This document shows, piece by piece, positions 59,236-64,000 of a stretch of DNA of 64,000 nucleotides. This stretch comes from an uncultured Ignavibacteria bacterium (lineage in GTDB: Bacteria > Zixibacteria > MSB-5A5 > RBG-16-43-9). Within the stretch, counting starts at the first letter, position 1. Each line of letters opens with the position of its first letter. The notes below the pieces were generated by a model. The model did not search any database and was not told the DNA's origin. It saw only the letters and a list, made by a program, of their open reading frames with translations. The stretch lies in assembly GCA_964511075.1 (NCBI GenBank), contig CAZEDM010000005.1:135427-199426 (forward strand). The letters run 5' to 3'. A program made the position numbers and the translations under genes.

Positions 59236-59715
59236 TCAGAGGCTCTTGAAAACCGTCTCCACATGCGGCTGGAAACCCATCTTTCTCCAGAATGCTTTTG
59301 CTGTCTCGTTTAAGACGGCAACCCGAAGCTCGATGCGATGCACTCCCCGTTCCGCAAACCACGACTCGGCATTTTTGTACATCTTCTCGCCTATCCCTGC
59401 CCGGCGGCACCTTTGAGTAACTGCCAGATCATATACGCTTCCGTAGTCCCGGTTCTCGAATACCGGCGGATATTTTGCCAGCATTGCCAGGCAGTACCCC
59501 ACCAAAACACCTTCTTTTTCCGCCACCAGAACCAGGGAGCCATCTTTTTCGAGATGGCACGCTATAAACTCCTTGAAGTGCTCGTGCCCATCTGCTGCCC
59601 GGGTAAAAATAGGGTCTCGTTCTTTGTGAAAGTCCATAAACTCCTGCCACAGAAGCCCGATGGACTCTAAGTCCTTTGCAGTTGCCTTGCATATAACCAA
59701 CTCTGATGTTTTCAT
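59236..59715 (-). CDS. GNAT family N-acetyltransferase
   Basis: QRCRRAGIGEKM acetyl-CoA binding motif in a roughly 160-aa protein. Confidence 0.7.
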   Translation of the reverse strand: MKTSELVICKATAKDLESIGLLWQEFMDFHKERDPIFTRAADGHEHFKEFIACHLEKDGSLVLVAEKEGVLVGYCLAMLAKYPPVFENRDYGSVYDLAVTQRCRRAGIGEKMYKNAESWFAERGVHRIELRVAVLNETAKAFWRKMGFQPHVETVFKSL

Positions 59716-59732
59716 TGAAATTTAGACTCCAT

Positions 59733-60263
59733 TTATACCGTTAACGGGATGCGCTTAATTGTCTGTACCGTATCATTCTCATATTTCGCCACGTCAAGCG
59801 CAGAGATGCACCCAGCTATGGCAAATTCCTCCCTGTTCCAGGTTTCAATCATCTCCAGGCACTTCAGAGGGTCTTTTGAGTTCCCAACCCCCATATGCGG
59901 AACAAAGTCAACAAAGAGCGCCCGCTGTGGAAATAGTTTATCGGCATACAGTTTGTCGTGTAGCTTTACGATTTTGCTGTACCCCTCGTCCGGCACCAGA
60001 AAAGTGTGATAATTATCGTTGAAGGAATCTTTATTGAGGACGGCACAGCGCAGGCAGAACTTAAGTGCTTGAACGCCTTGGGCTTGCCTTTCGATTTCCG
60101 AGATAAAAGGCTCGGCTTCCCAGCCTTTGCGTATGGGAAATACCAGAGTAAAATGCGGCTCGACTATATGGTAATACAACTCGTCGTTATCTTTTCTGAA
60201 TTCCTGTATCCGCTCATAATCGCTTTTTTTGATTTCCGGATACGCAATCACTATCAGTGCCAT
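59733..60263 (-). CDS. hypothetical protein, possibly 2H-phosphoesterase-like (one canonical HxTx motif)
   Basis: PHFTLVF is canonical H-x-T-x. PHMGVG is a degenerate second motif. Weak assignment. Confidence 0.3.
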   Translation of the reverse strand: MALIVIAYPEIKKSDYERIQEFRKDNDELYYHIVEPHFTLVFPIRKGWEAEPFISEIERQAQGVQALKFCLRCAVLNKDSFNDNYHTFLVPDEGYSKIVKLHDKLYADKLFPQRALFVDFVPHMGVGNSKDPLKCLEMIETWNREEFAIAGCISALDVAKYENDTVQTIKRIPLTV

Positions 60264-60344
60264 AGCTATTACTCCCTATTATGAAAGCTGATTTGAAAAC
60301 TATCTTACATTTCCCTGCTTGGAGCTACTTTGGTTATTTTCCTC

Positions 60345-61049
60345 TCACATCTTCCTGCCAACTGCAATCAGGCGCCGACTTGACCGGCGAAATTTTTCGC
60401 CTTTGAAAGAGCCGTAGATTTTATCTATTATCAAGCCGGCTTGCTCGAACAACTTTTTTGTCTCCCCAAAGGTGTAGAGCCGCATAGAAGAGCTATTCTT
60501 AGGGTCGTTGCGCCCGTTGACGATCCTGCGGGAGATAATCTGCTTTGTATCCTTGTCCCAGTGGTTACGTACAATCACCTCACCGCGGCGTTTCTCAGGC
60601 ATGAAGTGCCGCAGGATATATTCGCGATAGACTTGATCGATCAGCAAACGACCGCCTGGACGTAGCGCGCGAGCATAACGCCGGAGGAGTTCGAAATTTT
60701 CCTCATCCGAAAAATAGCCGAAACTGCCTCCCCAGTTGAAAATCCCGTCGAACTCCTCTTCAAAATCCAGTTTGCGCAGGTCCATAACCCGGAATCTGCC
60801 GGATAAACCCTGAGTGCGAAATCTGCGACGTGCACGATTCACAAATTGCAAACGCAGGTCGATACCAGTGACAGAGAAGCCCTGATGTGCCAGATGAAAG
60901 GCAATACGCCCTGCCCCGCAAGGCGCATCCAGCACACTTTGCCCCTTGCTCAACCGCAAAGCTCTCTTGATGAACCGGGCCTCTTCTTCTCCCTCCTTAT
61001 CCGGAAGAAGCCAGAGAGACTCTTCCATTGTCTCAAACCAGTCTGGCAT
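60345..61049 (-). CDS. class I SAM-dependent methyltransferase
   Basis: VLDAPCGAGRIAFHLAHQGFSVTGIDL (motif I and post-I acidic residue). Confidence 0.75.
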   Translation of the reverse strand: MPDWFETMEESLWLLPDKEGEEEARFIKRALRLSKGQSVLDAPCGAGRIAFHLAHQGFSVTGIDLRLQFVNRARRRFRTQGLSGRFRVMDLRKLDFEEEFDGIFNWGGSFGYFSDEENFELLRRYARALRPGGRLLIDQVYREYILRHFMPEKRRGEVIVRNHWDKDTKQIISRRIVNGRNDPKNSSSMRLYTFGETKKLFEQAGLIIDKIYGSFKGEKFRRSSRRLIAVGRKM

Positions 61050-61176
61050 GATTCGGTTCCTATAGGGCAGATGAAATTGATAGTTTTTCTTTATTGATAA
61101 AACCTATAAGCTCTAACATTCGAATTAAGCGACTGGACTTGCGCAAAGCGCGAGAACGAGCCGCTTGAATAAGGTA

Positions 61177-61803
61177 TTATGAGTTTTTATTTTTTCGTTT
61201 GTCAATAATATTTAATAAATGCGTTGCTAACAACAGCATTTCAAATGTTTCCCTAAACTCAAGTTCAACATCTCTATGGCTGTGAGGATTTTTATATAAC
61301 CCTATAGTGCCACAAAAAAGGTCAGATATGGCTTGTCTTTCTGCTTTTGGAACGGAGGTGTCAGTTAAGGGACCCTTTTCAAGCTCAAAAGCCTTTCTCA
61401 TTAGCTGAACCCCTATTAAGTCAGAAGAAAAGCCACATGCTTTTCTTGCCTCTATTTCTACTGCCTTAAACGCTTTAAAAACAGCATCGGAGAATTCTGA
61501 GCGCTCTACATGTGGCAAACATTTTTTTATGATTATTTCATGGAATAGTAGAGAAGGGACTAAAGTCCACTTACCTATCAGACGTTGAAAATCTTCTTCT
61601 TTAAATTGGACTCCTTTTTGTGTAGGGTGGAGGATTTCTCCATCTTCACCCTGTTCTATTTGAAATAATCGTAAGTCAATAAAGGTATAGGGACTATCTT
61701 TATATTTTACTCTTGATAGTCGAATTCTCTCATATGATCTTCTTGAGATCTCGACAATAGTTTCTTGGAAAAGAATATTTGATTTTATGTTTTTTTTACT
61801 CAT
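61177..61803 (-). CDS. hypothetical protein with C-terminal TIGR02391/Hypoth_Ymh-like (HEPN-like, Abi-associated) domain
   Basis: C-terminal AVFKAFKAVEIEARKA...LMRKAFELEKGPL...LFCGTIGLYKNPHSHRDVE...LLLATHLL fits the remembered TIGR02391 consensus. N-terminal roughly 100 aa unassigned. Confidence 0.55.
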   Translation of the reverse strand: MSKKNIKSNILFQETIVEISRRSYERIRLSRVKYKDSPYTFIDLRLFQIEQGEDGEILHPTQKGVQFKEEDFQRLIGKWTLVPSLLFHEIIIKKCLPHVERSEFSDAVFKAFKAVEIEARKACGFSSDLIGVQLMRKAFELEKGPLTDTSVPKAERQAISDLFCGTIGLYKNPHSHRDVELEFRETFEMLLLATHLLNIIDKRKNKNS

Positions 61804-61811
61804 AACATAGG

Positions 61812-61860
61812 TTTATCTGTACTAATTATATTGCGCTTACTGTCTTTCTGGCCATAGAAA
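61812..61860 (-). repeat. copy A of a ~48-bp conserved element directly upstream of the Ymh-like gene
   Basis: GTTTATCTGTACTAATTATATTGCGCTTACTGTCTTTCTGGCCATAG versus copy B at 62815-62863: identical 16-mer TTATCTGTACTAATTA and about 80% identity overall. Confidence 0.7.
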
Positions 61861-61881
61861 CCTCACTTAACACGACTTTCC

Positions 61882-62052
61882 TCATAAGTCTTCAAAGAAC
61901 TTTTTGACTTCAGAAACTGACGTATCATTAGAAAAAGATTTCAACACTCTACCGTGGATACCATTCTCACGTACTTCAATCTCACCTGTATCGTGCTTGT
62001 AGGAGAGAGCGTACTTTTTTTCATCTGTGTGCATCCACAGCACGTTTTTCAT
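61882..62052 (-). CDS. unannotated small ORF (56 aa: MKNVLWMHTDEKKYALSYKHDTGEIEVRENGIHGRVLKSFSNDTSVSEVKKFFEDL) between the TIR and Ymh-like genes
   Basis: ATG at 62052 (minus) with GGGGAG 2-3 nt upstream. Same strand as the flanking defence genes. Below the ORF-track threshold. Confidence 0.4.
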   Translation of the reverse strand: MKNVLWMHTDEKKYALSYKHDTGEIEVRENGIHGRVLKSFSNDTSVSEVKKFFEDL

Positions 62053-62136
62053 TTCTCCCCTATGTTCCTTAACGAAAATTTGTTGACTTTTCCAGATAAT
62101 GGCACCTGCAATTGCGTGGTAGATATAACCCGCCGC

Positions 62137-62781
62137 CTATGGGTAATTAAGAATAGAATCAGCATTACAAACCGCACATCGAAATTTACCATATCGATGG
62201 ATTTTATAATTGGAGGAACACTTCCAACACTGCACATCGATTCCAAATGAAGGTTTAGACTTATTAAATAGAAGCAAACCCGCTAAACCAACTGCAAAAC
62301 CTGCTGCGGCTCCTTCACCCCTATCTCTCTCGTTCAATAGAGCTCCCCCCACTGTTGCAGCAGACAACGTGGGAACCACATGTGAATCATCATAGTTCTC
62401 GATTATTGAACGCAGATATTTACGCCATTCTTCAGTTTTTTCAAAAAGTACATAATGATTTAAGCGAGGGATGATGACTCTGATTTTACCTAAAGACTCG
62501 ACTGGTTCAAAGATCCAAATATATTTATTCTTAGCTGTACCGCATTCCCAGGTAATCCAATCTCTCGTATGTTTGAGATTTTCAACATTTTCACTTAGCA
62601 AAACAAAGACGGCGTTTGATGCCTGTATGTCTCGCTCAATTTTCTCAGCCGTCACACCGCTTGGTGGGTCTTTCTCCAATTCTTCAAGATGGGGCTTCAC
62701 TTTAGTTCCAGCGAATGCCTCCAAAAAGAAATGAATTATGTCTTTATCAATCTTGCTATGGGATATGAATACCTGTGCCAT
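62137..62781 (-). CDS. TIR-domain protein with predicted TM segment and C-terminal zinc ribbon
   Basis: N-terminal VFISHSKIDKD (TIR alpha-A/beta-A signature), DWITWE (W-x3-E, putative catalytic Glu), AAAGFAVGLAGLLLF hydrophobic helix, and C-terminal CWKC...(12)...CAVC. Confidence 0.65.
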   Translation of the reverse strand: MAQVFISHSKIDKDIIHFFLEAFAGTKVKPHLEELEKDPPSGVTAEKIERDIQASNAVFVLLSENVENLKHTRDWITWECGTAKNKYIWIFEPVESLGKIRVIIPRLNHYVLFEKTEEWRKYLRSIIENYDDSHVVPTLSAATVGGALLNERDRGEGAAAGFAVGLAGLLLFNKSKPSFGIDVQCWKCSSNYKIHRYGKFRCAVCNADSILNYP

Positions 62782-62814
62782 TATTTGCCCTTCCTTAAGA
62801 CAAGTAATCTAAAA

Positions 62815-62863
62815 TAGTTTTATCTGTACTAATTAAATCGCTATCACTGCCTTTCTAGACCAT
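62815..62863 (-). repeat. copy B of the ~48-bp conserved element upstream of the TIR gene
   Basis: GTTTTATCTGTACTAATTAAATCGCTATCACTGCCTTTCTAGACCATG. Lies 30-80 nt upstream of the TIR start, which has an AAGGAAGGG RBS. Confidence 0.7.
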
Positions 62864-62926
62864 GCAGTAAAATTCACCGCTGGCATTTTTGCCGACCGCT
62901 GAAATGATTTTTCACTACCCTTATAT

Positions 62927-63538
62927 TTATGCTGCAAGTCCAATGATAATCAAAGGAACTGCGGGAACGCCGCGACCCTGCCTAACGACATTGTAGATTT
63001 CACCTTCATAATAGGGCACGCCGGAACTCATGTGTGATTGGAGAGATTTCATTGGTAGGATTTCAACACCGACGTCAATATAGTCGCCGACGTAGAAGGC
63101 AAGATGTTTTACGAAGAGGTCGTAGGCTACGAATGAATATTTACCGAACTGCACTTCAACGGCCACTCGGTCTTTGACAAAATCGGTCTGGTTGTAGCTA
63201 AAAATAGGCACTTCGCCTGCTGCCTCAATTTCTTTCTTCTGTGCCTCCGGTGTCATAGTAAGTGTCTTTCGAATCAGCTTTTCACTCTTAGTTACCCAAT
63301 AACTGACCCGACTCTCTTCCCAGCTCTTGGCACGCAGCAGTCTTTTAAAGTCAGCATTCATACCAACAGGACTATAAAGAATTTCACCCTTCATCGTTTT
63401 CTCTTTGGAAACTTTGGCCTTGAACTTTTCTGCATCCACGTTTTTAATGACGGATTGCACTTCTCGCCACAGACCGGGTTTGTGAACCAGAAGAAATTCG
63501 CGGCCATTTAGATGGGAATAGGTTTCTACAATTTTCAT
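62927..63538 (-). CDS. type II restriction endonuclease, BglII-like fold
   Basis: DFVKDRVAVEVQFG has D-x8-E-x-Q spacing identical to the BglII catalytic motif (D84/E93/Q95), in a roughly 200-aa protein. The ATG overlaps the upstream methyltransferase stop (ATGA). Confidence 0.6.
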   Translation of the reverse strand: MKIVETYSHLNGREFLLVHKPGLWREVQSVIKNVDAEKFKAKVSKEKTMKGEILYSPVGMNADFKRLLRAKSWEESRVSYWVTKSEKLIRKTLTMTPEAQKKEIEAAGEVPIFSYNQTDFVKDRVAVEVQFGKYSFVAYDLFVKHLAFYVGDYIDVGVEILPMKSLQSHMSSGVPYYEGEIYNVVRQGRGVPAVPLIIIGLAA

Positions 63539-64000
63539 CTTGTCTGGTATCTAATCTTCCTCTCTTTAATTAACAAGATTTGCTTCGAGTTTTCGGAATT
63601 GACCCAGGGGGCTGAAGTTAGCTTATTACCCGCTTCAATTGGATCATACACAGGTTTGTCCATTGGCCGGGTTTTCAAAGTTCCAATGAGTTCTTGCTGT
63701 ATTCTGTTTTTGGCCAATTCAATGTACTTGGGAACTATCTCTGCACCTGCCCCACGGCGATTATGACGAATAGCGGCAATGATTGAACTACCTGTACCAA
63801 GAAAGGGATCTAAAACCCAATCCCCTTCATTTGTCATTGCAAGAACGAGGCGCTCTATCAGTTCCACAGGGAATTGACAGGGATGTTCAGTTTTTTCAAC
63901 ATGGTTACTCTTTACATTAGGAATAACCCATAAATCTCCCGGGTTTTTACCCAGAGGATTGCAAGAGTATTTTCCGGCATTTGGTCCTTTAAAATGTTTT
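63535..64000 (-). CDS. DNA methyltransferase, beta-class N4-cytosine/N6-adenine (C-terminal part; N-terminus beyond the window end)
   Basis: HPCQFPVELIERLVLAMTNEGDWVLDPFLGTGSS matches the conserved HP..KP.eL...li......VLDPF.GSGTT block of N4/N6 methylases. The ORF is open to the window edge. Confidence 0.75.
   Translation of the reverse strand, partial: KHFKGPNAGKYSCNPLGKNPGDLWVIPNVKSNHVEKTEHPCQFPVELIERLVLAMTNEGDWVLDPFLGTGSSIIAAIRHNRRGAGAEIVPKYIELAKNRIQQELIGTLKTRPMDKPVYDPIEAGNKLTSAPWVNSENSKQILLIKERKIRYQTR

Noticed and set aside
59338-59692. Two roughly 100-aa ORFs antisense to or overlapping the GNAT gene
   Set aside because: These are typical open frames in a GC-rich stretch. The GNAT frame carries the recognisable acetyl-CoA motif.
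61954-62250. 98-aa plus-strand ORF between the Ymh-like and TIR genes
   Set aside because: It is antisense to the better-supported 56-aa minus-strand ORF and to the TIR 3' end. It has no RBS.

Overview
This 64-kb window looks like chromosomal DNA from a low-to-moderate-GC bacterium, possibly an uncultivated lineage. A Shine-Dalgarno sequence (GGAGG) is in use, coding density is high, and intergenic regions are saturated with palindromic repeats. Most of the content is housekeeping. The window opens with a SIR2-like protein that may be 5'-partial. It is followed by coaX, then groES-groEL behind a textbook CIRCE operator, then rarA. Further along are an MFS transporter and a macA/macB-type tripartite efflux operon. 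A TonB-dependent receptor sits behind an unannotated cobalamin riboswitch on the minus strand. After that come ilvC, a tryptophanase-like lyase, a large GlcD/GlcF-type FAD/Fe-S fusion dehydrogenase with a very Met-rich tail, and a TspO/pyrimidine-dimer-glycosylase pair. A Bat/MoxR-type aerotolerance cluster has nfo embedded in it. A sigma-54 regulator is present, and two beta-propeller proteins carry dockerin modules. An origin-proximal block (mnmG-rsmG-parA-parB) has two parS sites. At least three families of short interspersed repeats (REP/MITE-like) recur in almost every larger intergenic gap. The most interesting stretch is the right-hand 5 kb, a compositionally mosaic defence island on the minus strand. 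It holds a beta-class DNA methyltransferase (running off the window) translationally coupled to a BglII-like restriction endonuclease. Next is a TIR-domain protein with a predicted TM segment and a C-terminal zinc ribbon. Then come an unannotated 56-aa ORF and a protein with a TIGR02391/Ymh-like (HEPN-like) C-terminal domain. The TIR gene and the Ymh-like gene are each preceded by a copy of the same ~48-bp sequence. No rRNA, tRNA, CRISPR array, transposase or integrase was recognised.
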